From assembly GCA_964514975.1 (NCBI GenBank), contig CAZESS010000005.1:33678-97677 (forward strand): a stretch of 64,000 nucleotides of DNA, in the 5' to 3' direction. Positions 49,701-56,642 of this stretch are shown one piece after another (position 1 is the stretch's first letter; the number at the start of each line of letters is the position of its first letter). Below the pieces are notes generated by a model. It was given only the letters and a program-made list of their open reading frames with translations, had not been told where the DNA came from and ran no database searches. This DNA is from an uncultured Thermoplasmatales archaeon (GTDB taxonomy: Archaea > Thermoplasmatota > E2 > UBA202 > DSCA01). A program made the translations under genes and the position numbers.

Positions 49701-50065
49701 GGCGGCGCCAGTCCCGTTCCATGTGGTCCGATGCGGGTGGTGTAGTTTCGCCCGGGCTCGTAGACGCCGATTTTTGCACGCAACTGCTCGAGATCGTCCA
49801 CTGTAACCTTATGCCGCTGGATGACGGGCTCCTGTGCCTGGGCGAGGTCGATGCGGCAGGGCATGGTCTCAACGGTGCCCGCCGGTGATGACGAGATGGC
49901 ATCGACGGAACCGGCGGATGTTTCTGTCGCACCAAGGGATATCGTCGACAGTGTTGAGAGCAGGAACAGTATTGCGATGGATATGGCTCCGCTCTTTTTG
50001 GTCCATCTTCCATTACCGAGGACATTACTCGATAGCGTATACACTTTGTGCAAAATGCATTTCAT
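43715..50065 (-). CDS. 2116-aa secreted multidomain protease: C1A papain-like domain, two C13/caspase-fold domains, PKD and C-terminal GWN repeats
   Basis: QDGEGACVPFA / NHANTIVGY / ANSWG (C1A); NHGS..DFCHSG and DHGS..DNCHSG (His-Gly/Cys dyads); WQMGD PKD; SD GGGAGGT. Confidence 0.88.
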   Translation of the reverse strand: MKCILHKVYTLSSNVLGNGRWTKKSGAISIAILFLLSTLSTISLGATETSAGSVDAISSSPAGTVETMPCRIDLAQAQEPVIQRHKVTVDDLEQLRAKIGVYEPGRNYTTRIGPHGTGLAPPTREGWQHMAEQLYIVDSIIGGQPRASVDNTQDQWFPPIGNQDGEGACVPFAVAYYEKTYQEAKEHGWDLSDVNWVGGYTGAPDKKQDKIMSPDFIYHQILAWSGGTDCGSWYGDAMDLVYQVGCSSWQTMPYNPSDSTTWPSETAWREAPIYRGTTGYNLQWVTTDTAINNLKTFLSNNHLAVISVNASWYGAMTGGDLWTIDNYSPTDTNHANTIVGYDDNFGPYTEESSTRYGAFKVANSWGTGPWGGGGGDNDGDGCYWISYETMKRVVEYYMFMDDRTGYDPEIMATFEISHPYRTQCNVSLGIGPTPSPYATKAFNEWNWRGRPAPFPSHPIVFDVTEFSSSVPSVDNQNFFIRVQDGGNLSTGTITNFTIEFYQTTYNTSGNADAVSTSPDPPVPTVQNTGVYAETTLTIQQQPPVTDKRKVGPVYSDHWALICVSANDFDGGAQPEMDAFPAQGLQAYYTLKAHGYQDDHIILMLWHDDDGDPNIVGGNDTYITIYGGHNDLTGPPAEIGGPDQPPQIDFDHYTPISKTTLRQQFQSLASVVTAGDDVLIYLVNHGSKTGGEVTYDFEQPDSPSVNGSEMHTWLSWIAANCSRVTFLTDFCHSGDFNIQVNTPALNNVIYVAAAGDCNLAWYWMDKTTWPAQPYAGSWFYHPFWERINGGWSIEQAYTHGCNHTPKAHLNNYTTVTEIQDPWLNDTLGDSDTYSPVGEEWVMPDTRIYLNTTEPADATYYRIWYNGTWSPWHTYTGPFTFSAHENCKHYLEWYSVKGDLVEAVHNETDYVDAPITTKTHDGVFIHHYDPVNESRYLELYYQGAPVNPLDQISHQPFPEAGDIELRELYPSYDTWYYVEEWGDNCDDILTPGDTLVLWDYQNQSKRTYHLEQVTVTLQLENMSNPQDEIYVEFQDDFNLIPVAMTAPWGTPWMQVHPSFGHMYTIADWLDNGDFQISYCDNILLLDMQTGQQTMWHVQNVTTDIVVTPEFWWERLCSNITLEDGRTCAMANQTIYWGWENESGGWHPAYQEDYYGGNYNITRFKYGRWWYTYTRPIHFEEECIHVLEYFAENTYNGWSGTADGGTRLQYGTYAGYYYFECPSDHGDDIYSQRFTMPYTGTLTTAYLNLYQPGSVNVTGEGIDVIIWDDAGGYPGTELARINVPYDDLVWWTTELTVDLTSEDLSFSAGDEFHIGYTTVNQTAGNIVSIISDDGSGPTLSRSCTHVGGVWYTMYEEWSDDYDFLIAADVQPAAVTYQEKLHIQEYRVDGTPPATDKHKQGNVTINDKWALICVSTNDFDSAYDADGFPAQGLQAYYTLKEHGYQDDHIILMLWHDDDTWIDIYPPAGTNNWLYGPDGVAGSADDPVIDYDHTTPITKTLLRQEIQALAASVAPGDDVCIYLVDHGSKNASGIASYSFEGAGTDYTYPEAVTSIEMKQWLTWVHNNLTAGTLTFLLDNCHSGDFITQMNLSSTIHVAAAGNCNLAWYWPHATATHFAGSWFYHPFWERVNAGWSIQQAYDWARQFTPGHTPPPPGTTVADIQDPWIIDNAGDADVNSPVNGETITEDTVIYLNATDGGGCTVGDYVIHYRVWSEGTGWGWSMMGLPNTNVSLTITGAGKHYLEWYAVDALGNTEPTHNETDIILETNQPPTAGFTIEPASPATTDTIYFNSTSTDSDGVIVNWTWQMGDTSTLYGEQATHGYTAPGTYHVALTVMDDDGATDTAHDNITVTVIPTVDFIRVTYATLNMMPDMNVSVNFCCAGYALAYNVTWGCLGLVNVSWGVSNSGSNASCVPSVGQMSVFRSGGLNGTAVWTADDGDGHVDTVTFSVQDPLFCCMFYRGWNLMTVPCSHTFMASSLGAAVPGCSIVAYWNATSSIFQSFLVGISPPGMDFAIQDGIGYFIYMANDTVFSHRGSAISGVSVPLAVGWNTIGWYNTTATNASSLGTAIDNCTIVAYWNATSSTFASFLVGISPPAMDFRIIRGMGVFVYVTKPSTWHGEG
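45704..45754. repeat. 51-bp exact repeat (copy at 48239-48289) in the duplicated legumain-like module
   Basis: Identical GTCGTCGTCGTGCCAGAGCATCAGGATGATGTGGTCGTCCTGGTAGCCGTG. Confidence 0.9.
48239..48289. repeat. 51-bp exact repeat (copy at 45704-45754)
   Basis: Same sequence, encoding HGYQDDHIILMLWHDDD. Confidence 0.9.
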
Positions 50066-50218
50066 TTTTTACCTCCCATGCAGGGTGTTACCCCGTACCA
50101 TTATATATCTGCATGTGTCTATAAAAACATTGCTGGAAATCTATTTATATCTCTGTGACCGGGATTCAGCTTTATTTGCCTCATATATGGCGGAAACGGG
50201 TGCTGCTGTCGCCGCCGG

Positions 50219-50617
50219 TTATTTTTGCTCCGGGTGTGGATGCTGGAGCGGGACGGGCAGATGGCTCGTGCGGAAGGCCTTGTACATGAGGATGGTGGCG
50301 ATGAAGAAGTCTATGGCTGCCATTGATACCGCGGCCGTTCCCGGGTCGTAGGGGACGTTCCACTGGATGATGCCGGTCCATGAGATGATGAAGCCGTAGA
50401 TGTAGCCGAGGGACATGAAAAAGTACATGGATGGCCGGTCGAGGAACACGCTGAGGATGAGGAGGATGCCCAAGGTGCCGAGGAAGACCGCGGACAGCAT
50501 GATGCTGAAGCCGGCGTACATGTCCGGCCGTGCGATGAGTGCGACGAAGTAGGAGAACCCCCAGACGAGGAGGATTGCGTCGATGAAGTCGAGTTCTGCG
50601 AATTTTCTCATTTCCAT
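50219..50617 (-). CDS. Hypothetical four-TM membrane protein
   Basis: Hydrophobic 132-aa ORF with SD GGTGA and AT-rich promoter. Confidence 0.75.
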   Translation of the reverse strand: MEMRKFAELDFIDAILLVWGFSYFVALIARPDMYAGFSIMLSAVFLGTLGILLILSVFLDRPSMYFFMSLGYIYGFIISWTGIIQWNVPYDPGTAAVSMAAIDFFIATILMYKAFRTSHLPVPLQHPHPEQK

Positions 50618-50759
50618 GCGTTCACCAGGTTATGCTAACATTTTGCTATCATAGTATAGGTTTAAACATATATAAATATTTCTTTTTCACGCATTTTCAC
50701 GCCCCTTATACATAGGGGGGTGAAAGAAGCATTCAAATAGCCCGTGTCAATGGCAGCCC

Positions 50760-51494
50760 ATGGAGGGACCCTCTGTCCACCGCATCGCAGACCGGCTGCA
50801 GCGCTTCAAGGAACAGATCATCGAACATGTCGACGGAAACGCACGGCAGCCGAAGGAATGGCTGCAGGGACAATCCATCACCAACGTCCGGGCGGTAAAA
50901 AAGCGATTGTTCATCGAAACCGCCGGAGCCACGGCAGTCATACACTTCCTGATGTACGGCTCCTATCGGGTCAACGAGCGACGGGATCTCGATGAGCGGC
51001 TGTCGCTATACTGCAGCCAGGACGAGCTCCATCTCTACAGTTGCTCTGCAAAGGTGCTCCGACCCGACAGCGACATCCTCGCAGGATACGACGACCCCGT
51101 CGGAGACGTGCTCTCCCCGCAGTTCGACCGGCAGCGAGCGATACGGTCAACACGGTCGGACGAGCGAACCATCGCCGACGTGCTGCTCGACCAAAACATA
51201 TATGGCGGCATCGGCAACATCCTGAAAAACGAGATACTGTATGCAGAACGGATACACCCCGCCTCCCGGGCATCGGCCATCAAAAAAGAGCGCGTGGCAT
51301 CGCTGGTCACAGCAGCCATCGACCATGCCACGGCATGGTATCAGCGCAAAACAGCCGGCACCCGGCGGGAATGGACGGTCTACCGGCAGCATACCTGCCC
51401 GGCATGCGGCGGCGAGCTGACCCGGAAAAAGATGGGTGCATCCAACCGCATCACCTTTTTCTGCGAGCGATGCCAGCGGCGCTACCCTGGATGA
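50760..51494 (+). CDS. Fpg/Nei family DNA glycosylase/AP lyase
   Basis: MEGPS, KKRLF, HFLMYG, LLDQNIYGGIGNILKNEILY (H2TH) and CPAC...RITFFCERCQ Zn finger. Confidence 0.9.
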   Translation: MEGPSVHRIADRLQRFKEQIIEHVDGNARQPKEWLQGQSITNVRAVKKRLFIETAGATAVIHFLMYGSYRVNERRDLDERLSLYCSQDELHLYSCSAKVLRPDSDILAGYDDPVGDVLSPQFDRQRAIRSTRSDERTIADVLLDQNIYGGIGNILKNEILYAERIHPASRASAIKKERVASLVTAAIDHATAWYQRKTAGTRREWTVYRQHTCPACGGELTRKKMGASNRITFFCERCQRRYPG

Positions 51495-51817
51495 GCCCGA
51501 CCCCGATATTGTTCCGGGGGAAACCGGTCCCTGTTTTTTTCGAGCTTGTCAAGCGCCGCCTCGATGAGGTCGACGTCGAGCCGGCGGGCGATGATGACCA
51601 GGTAGAGCATGATGTCGGCGAGCTCGTCCCGAATCGCGTTGCGGTAGTCGCCGTCGGCGAGCAGCGCCTCGACGTCTTCCGGGCGTCGCCATTGAAAATG
51701 CTCGAGGAGTTCCGCCGCCTCGATGGACAACGACACGGCGACGTCCTTGGGGGTGTGGAACTGGTCCCAGTCTCGCTCGTCGACGAACTGTGCGACCCTG
51801 TATGTCAGATCGGCCAT
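51482..51817 (-). CDS. MazG-like nucleotide pyrophosphohydrolase
   Basis: ERDWDQFHTPK, EAAELLEHFQW and DELADI. Confidence 0.92.
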   Translation of the reverse strand: MADLTYRVAQFVDERDWDQFHTPKDVAVSLSIEAAELLEHFQWRRPEDVEALLADGDYRNAIRDELADIMLYLVIIARRLDVDLIEAALDKLEKNRDRFPPEQYRGRAHPG

Positions 51818-51873
51818 TGATGCCATGAAATGGTATAACGGCTGCATATAAAAAAATTTAAGGGAGCAGAGTA

Positions 51874-53757
51874 TTGAGACCTGTGAAGGAACGAATGGAC
51901 AGCTTCGACATCCGCGCCGCCGTCGCGGAGCTGCAGGAGCTCGAAGGCGGCTGGACGGGCAAGGTGTACCAGGAGGATGACCGGCTGGTCATGCGCATAA
52001 AAAAAGACGAGATGCATGAGCTCATGGTGCACAGCGGACGATGGCTCTGCCTCACCGAGCATCGCGAATCGACGGAGCGGCATCCACCGACGTTTGCCAT
52101 GACGCTCCGCAAGTACATCGGCAACAAGCGCCTGCGCTCGATAAAGCAGCATGACTTCGACCGGGTGGTCGTCATGCGCTTCAGCAACGGCTACAGCCTG
52201 GTGGCGGAGCTGTTCTCTGAGGGAAACGTGCTGCTGCTCGACGAGAAAGGTGACATCGTGCTGCCGTTGCATGAACAGTCATGGTCGCAGCGTGAGCTGC
52301 GCCCGAAACGGAGCTACACGTTTCCGCCGGAGCGATGCGACCCGTTTCTCCTGCATCTATCAGATTTCCAGGACATATTCAACCGGAGCGGTAGCGACGT
52401 GGTGCGCACCCTGGTGCTCGACGTCAACGTCCCGGGCAAGTGGAGCGAGGAGCTCTGCCGGCAGGCCGACGTCGACAAACATGCATCCGCGGCGGGTTTG
52501 AGCGACGACGGTGTGCGGCGGCTGTATGAGACTATGGAGGCGCTGCTCGATCGCTTCCGGGAGCGCCGGTTTGACCCGGTTATCCTGGAGGGCAACGGAG
52601 CCGCTGACGTGCTTCCCGTGCCGCTGTCCATCCACCAGGAGGGGCAGCTCCGCCGGTGTGAAACGTTCAATCGGGCGCTCGACCTGTTCTACCAGCGGGA
52701 CACCCGTGAGCCCGAGGAGGAGAAAAAGGGCAACGTCGAGCGCGACCGGCTGCGGCGACGTATCAAGCAGCAGCAGGATGCAATCGAGCGGTTCAGGGAG
52801 CAGATGGCTGCCGCGCGGCGGCGGGGCGACGCCATCTATGCCAGCTATCAGACCTGCGAGAATCTCATCGAGGCAGCCACGGGTGAGGACGAGACATATG
52901 ACGGCGACATGGTATGGAGCTATTCCTACCCCGAGGTGACGGCGGTGCTTCCCTTCCAGGACGACGAGGTGGAGGTCACGCTTGACATCCGGGAAAACGT
53001 GCCCCGGAACGCCAACGCCTACTATGAGCGGGAAAAAAAGATACGGGATAAGATTGAGGGGGCGCAGGAGGCCATGGAGCGCACCAGGCGCGCGCTGGAG
53101 CAGGAGGAGATACCGGTGGAGGAGGAACGGGAAACAACCTCGGAGGAGACCTTCTGGTTCGAGGACTACCGCTGGTTTCTTTCCAGCGACGGAAACCTTG
53201 TTATCTGCGGGCGTGACGCCGCCTCCAACGAGGAGGTGGTGAAAAAGCATCTGGAAAGCGACGACCGGTATGTACACGCCGACCTGCACGGTGCTCCTTC
53301 CTGCGTGGTCAAGGCACGGGGGGCAGATGGAAAAAAACGCTCGATTTCCGATGAAACGCTCGAGGAGGCCTGCCAGTTTGCGCTGTCGCATTCATCGGCC
53401 TGGAAGCAGTATGCCAGCGGCCGGGCCTACTGGGTCACGCCGGACCAGGTGTCGAAGACACCGGAGTCCGGGGAGCACCTGCCGACCGGTGCCTTCGTGA
53501 TACGGGGGAAACGAAGCTACGTGAAATGTCCGGTGCGCCTCGCTATCGGGCTGATGTCGGTGCTGGGCGCCCGCAAGCTCATGGTGGGACCGCCCCGGGC
53601 GGTGGCTGCTCACACCGACGAGCTGCTGGTCATCGAGCCGGGGACGACGGACAAAAACGTGGCAGCCCGAAATCTCGCGATGCGCTATGGCGCCGACGTG
53701 GAAACCCTGCAGCAGCAGCTCCCGCCCGGCGACGTCAGATTACGGGAGGACCGATGA
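51874..53757 (+). CDS. rqcH: Archaeal Rqc2/RqcH (NFACT) ribosome quality control protein
   Basis: FAMTLRKY, DFDRVV, ELFSEGN, WFEDYRWF, GRDAASNE, HADLHGAPS and VSKTPESGE. Confidence 0.93.
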   Translation: MRPVKERMDSFDIRAAVAELQELEGGWTGKVYQEDDRLVMRIKKDEMHELMVHSGRWLCLTEHRESTERHPPTFAMTLRKYIGNKRLRSIKQHDFDRVVVMRFSNGYSLVAELFSEGNVLLLDEKGDIVLPLHEQSWSQRELRPKRSYTFPPERCDPFLLHLSDFQDIFNRSGSDVVRTLVLDVNVPGKWSEELCRQADVDKHASAAGLSDDGVRRLYETMEALLDRFRERRFDPVILEGNGAADVLPVPLSIHQEGQLRRCETFNRALDLFYQRDTREPEEEKKGNVERDRLRRRIKQQQDAIERFREQMAAARRRGDAIYASYQTCENLIEAATGEDETYDGDMVWSYSYPEVTAVLPFQDDEVEVTLDIRENVPRNANAYYEREKKIRDKIEGAQEAMERTRRALEQEEIPVEEERETTSEETFWFEDYRWFLSSDGNLVICGRDAASNEEVVKKHLESDDRYVHADLHGAPSCVVKARGADGKKRSISDETLEEACQFALSHSSAWKQYASGRAYWVTPDQVSKTPESGEHLPTGAFVIRGKRSYVKCPVRLAIGLMSVLGARKLMVGPPRAVAAHTDELLVIEPGTTDKNVAARNLAMRYGADVETLQQQLPPGDVRLREDR

Positions 53758-54770
53758 AGATTCTCGGCCAGGACCGGGATGAGGGCAGGATAAAGCTGCG
53801 GGTACAGTCCACGGACGACTGCTGGCATCTGCACAATCTGCTGGACCCCGGTGACCGCGCTGCTGCGTTTACCCATCGGACGAGCCAGCAGCCCCAGGAT
53901 AAAACCCGGGCGGGCAAGGGAGAAAAAGAGGGGATGTATCTGACGCTCGAGGTCATCGACGTCGGCTTCCAGCGGTTTTCGGACCGGCTGCGCATCCAGG
54001 GCGTCATCGTGGAGGGACCGCAGGATCTCGGCAAGCATCACACGTTCAACGTCACAACGGGTACCGTCCTTACCATACAGAAGGAATGGGGGCCGTCACA
54101 TCTCAAGCGGCTGAAAAAAGCCGTCGAGGCGAGCCGGCAGCCGGACATCGTGGTGGTGGCCATGGACGACGACGAGGCCACCGTCGCCGTCATCCATCAG
54201 TATGGCGTGGAGGAAAAAGCACATATCACCTCGGGGCGCAGCGGCAAGCAGTACGAGAGCGACAGCACCGAGCATGAATACTACGGCGACATCTACGCAA
54301 AGCTCCAGCAGTACGACCTACCGCTCGTCATCGTCGGACCCGGGTTCGCCAAGGAAAACTTTCAGTCGTTCATCCAGAACAAAAAAGACCTCGGCCGGCA
54401 CATCGTAGAAACCACCGGTCACGCAGGCATGGCAGGTGTCAAGGAGGCAATGAATCGGGGCATCGTCGAGCGGATCGTCGAGGCGTCAACCCTGGCACGG
54501 GAGTCACGGCTGGTCGAGGAGCTGCTGCAGGCGATAGCGCAGGACAAGCCGGTCACCTATGGCGAGGAGGAGGTCACGCGAGCCATCGAACTGGGCGCGG
54601 CGGAGCAGGTGCTCGTCCTGTCGAATTTCCTGCATGAAAAAGAGGAGTTGCTGGAAAAAGCGGAGCGGATGGGCGCCGAGGTGCACGCCATCAGCGATAT
54701 CCATGAAAGCGGCGAAAAGCTGGCGGCTCTCGGCGGTATCGCCGCCCTGTTACGCTACCGTATCAGCTGA
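53754..54770 (+). CDS. pelA: Pelota (Dom34) ribosome rescue factor
   Basis: DDCWHLHNLL, RLRIQG, GKHHT, GPGFAK and LGGIAALLRY. Confidence 0.95.
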   Translation: MKILGQDRDEGRIKLRVQSTDDCWHLHNLLDPGDRAAAFTHRTSQQPQDKTRAGKGEKEGMYLTLEVIDVGFQRFSDRLRIQGVIVEGPQDLGKHHTFNVTTGTVLTIQKEWGPSHLKRLKKAVEASRQPDIVVVAMDDDEATVAVIHQYGVEEKAHITSGRSGKQYESDSTEHEYYGDIYAKLQQYDLPLVIVGPGFAKENFQSFIQNKKDLGRHIVETTGHAGMAGVKEAMNRGIVERIVEASTLARESRLVEELLQAIAQDKPVTYGEEEVTRAIELGAAEQVLVLSNFLHEKEELLEKAERMGAEVHAISDIHESGEKLAALGGIAALLRYRIS

Positions 54771-55383
54771 CCTCGACCTTTTTGATGCTGTACTCGTAGT
54801 ACGTATATTCGAGGGTGACAGTGTAGTCGTTGCCCCGGTCCAGCAGGAACGGCTTCGTGTCGATGCCCACGGTGGCCGTCCAGTCCCCGGTGCCCGTGCG
54901 GCTCATGTACTGCTCTTCGACAATTTCCTCAGCGTGGCTCATGTTGGACGCGTTGAGTTGCACCGAGTCGGGCTTTTCGCCGATGTCCGCCATGACGGTC
55001 AGCGGGCCACTGAATCCGCTGGCTTCGCTCGACCCCGAAAAGCTCACGCCCGACGGGCCTGACACCCGAAGGGAGAGCGTATCGGACCAGTTCCATGGAA
55101 TGATGAACCCGCTCGCCCAGTCATCCTGCCAGTTGAGGGTGACGGTGACGCTGCCCAGCCCTCGCTCGGAGATGGTAAAGTTTTCCTGGCTGGTACCCCC
55201 CTTGGCGACGTGCCCCTCGCCGGGGAGCGTAACCGTTTTCTTATCCCAGTTGATATTGAACGCATACTGTTTTTCCATCTCCTCCGCCGATGACGTGTCC
55301 TCCTGCTGGTACACGACGCCTATAAGCGCGATTATAACGATAACAACACCTGCAGCAACAACGATCTTGTCCCGTTTGTCCAT
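54763..55383 (-). CDS. Hypothetical membrane-anchored exported protein
   Basis: N-terminal TM, beta-rich body, SD AGGTGA. Confidence 0.75.
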   Translation of the reverse strand: MDKRDKIVVAAGVVIVIIALIGVVYQQEDTSSAEEMEKQYAFNINWDKKTVTLPGEGHVAKGGTSQENFTISERGLGSVTVTLNWQDDWASGFIIPWNWSDTLSLRVSGPSGVSFSGSSEASGFSGPLTVMADIGEKPDSVQLNASNMSHAEEIVEEQYMSRTGTGDWTATVGIDTKPFLLDRGNDYTVTLEYTYYEYSIKKVEVS

Positions 55384-55530
55384 AATATCACCTTACGTAT
55401 AGGGAAAGGTGTTTTTGTTTATAAAATTTAGCCCCTGAAAAAAGGGCCGGCGACGACGACATCGAAACCCCACGCGATATTATAAAAAAATCCGAAAGAT
55501 ACATATAGGGCGAAAGCCTATACTTATTAC

Positions 55531-55620
55531 GGGAAGGATAGGCTGGTAGTTGTTAGAGTGCATCCCATCCCCTCCTAAAAACACTCTTTTTCTCTGCCTA
55601 TCCCTTCCCATTTCCTCCTT
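55531..55620 (+). ncRNA. Candidate small RNA (long hairpin with CCCCUCCU loop)
   Basis: 13-bp stem 55531-43/55596-609 and inner stem 55555-60/55582-87. TATA-like ACATATAG at 55501-08. Confidence 0.5.
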
Positions 55621-55643
55621 CTATTGCCTCAAACAGAGCTATG

Positions 55644-55889
55644 TTATCCACCGCCCACCGGTGACAGCAGTGCTATCTCGTCGCCGTCAGCGAGCGTTTC
55701 ATCGCCGTCCGCCACTCGATGGTTGCGGGACACCACGGTCGTCGGGCGAAGCTCCTCCAGGCCGGGATATCGGTCAACGAGCATGTCGAGCAGTTCAGCC
55801 ACCGTCGTGCCAGGCTCCACCTGCATCTCCACCCGGCGCTTTCCAACGGCTTTTCTGTGCGCGGCGAAAAAGGTAACCGTGACATTCAT
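55644..55889 (-). CDS. MoaD/SAMP ubiquitin-like sulfur carrier
   Basis: VTFFA and DGDEIALLSPVGGG (C-terminal GG). Confidence 0.92.
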   Translation of the reverse strand: MNVTVTFFAAHRKAVGKRRVEMQVEPGTTVAELLDMLVDRYPGLEELRPTTVVSRNHRVADGDETLADGDEIALLSPVGGG

Positions 55890-56620
55890 CTTTGCCCTCC
55901 GCATGCCGGGCAGTCCGTTTTTCGTTCCACCCTGATGTGGTCGGCATCATGACAGCCGGCGTCATACACGAAGAGCATGTCGGTGAGTAACGGCGCGATG
56001 CCGGCCAGGTACTTGACCGCTTCGGATGCCTGCACCGTGCCGATGGTGCCGGCGATGCTGCCGAGCACGGGCGTTTGCCGCTCCTGCGGAGTGTGAGAAA
56101 ACACGCAGCGCAGGCACGCACTGCCGCCGGGCATGACGGTCATGGCCTGCCCGTGCAGCTCGCTGACGGCGCCATGAACGAGGGGGCGCCGGAGCGCTAT
56201 AGCGGCGTCGTTGAGCACGTATCGGGCGGCAAAGCTATCCAGGCAGTCGAGAACGACGTCTGCATCGGCCAGTAGCTCCGCGGCGTTGTCCTCATGGATG
56301 TGCTCACAATGGCAGGTGAGCGCAACATCGGGGTTTATCCTGCCGAGCATTGCGGCCGCCCGCTCTACCTTGGGATGGCTGATGTCCGCCTCGCGGTAGA
56401 GCACCTGACGGTTGAGATTGGACAGTTCCACCATGTCGCCGTCGACGAGCAGGAGATGGCCGACCCCTGCTGCGGCGAGGTACATCGAGGCGGCGGAGCC
56501 GAGACCGCCGAGACCGACGATGGCTGCGGTGCCATCAAGCAGTTTTTCCTGGCCTTCATCGCCCAGGCAGGACATGGCGGTCTGCCGGGCATAGCGCTCA
56601 CGCTGACGGTCGGACAACAT
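55886..56620 (-). CDS. ThiF/MoeB/UbaA E1-like adenylyltransferase
   Basis: RYARQ, GLGGLG, ELSNLNRQ, CLRC and CPAC. Confidence 0.93.
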   Translation of the reverse strand: MLSDRQRERYARQTAMSCLGDEGQEKLLDGTAAIVGLGGLGSAASMYLAAAGVGHLLLVDGDMVELSNLNRQVLYREADISHPKVERAAAMLGRINPDVALTCHCEHIHEDNAAELLADADVVLDCLDSFAARYVLNDAAIALRRPLVHGAVSELHGQAMTVMPGGSACLRCVFSHTPQERQTPVLGSIAGTIGTVQASEAVKYLAGIAPLLTDMLFVYDAGCHDADHIRVERKTDCPACGGQR

Positions 56621-56642
56621 ACACAGGGCAGCACATCATGCC

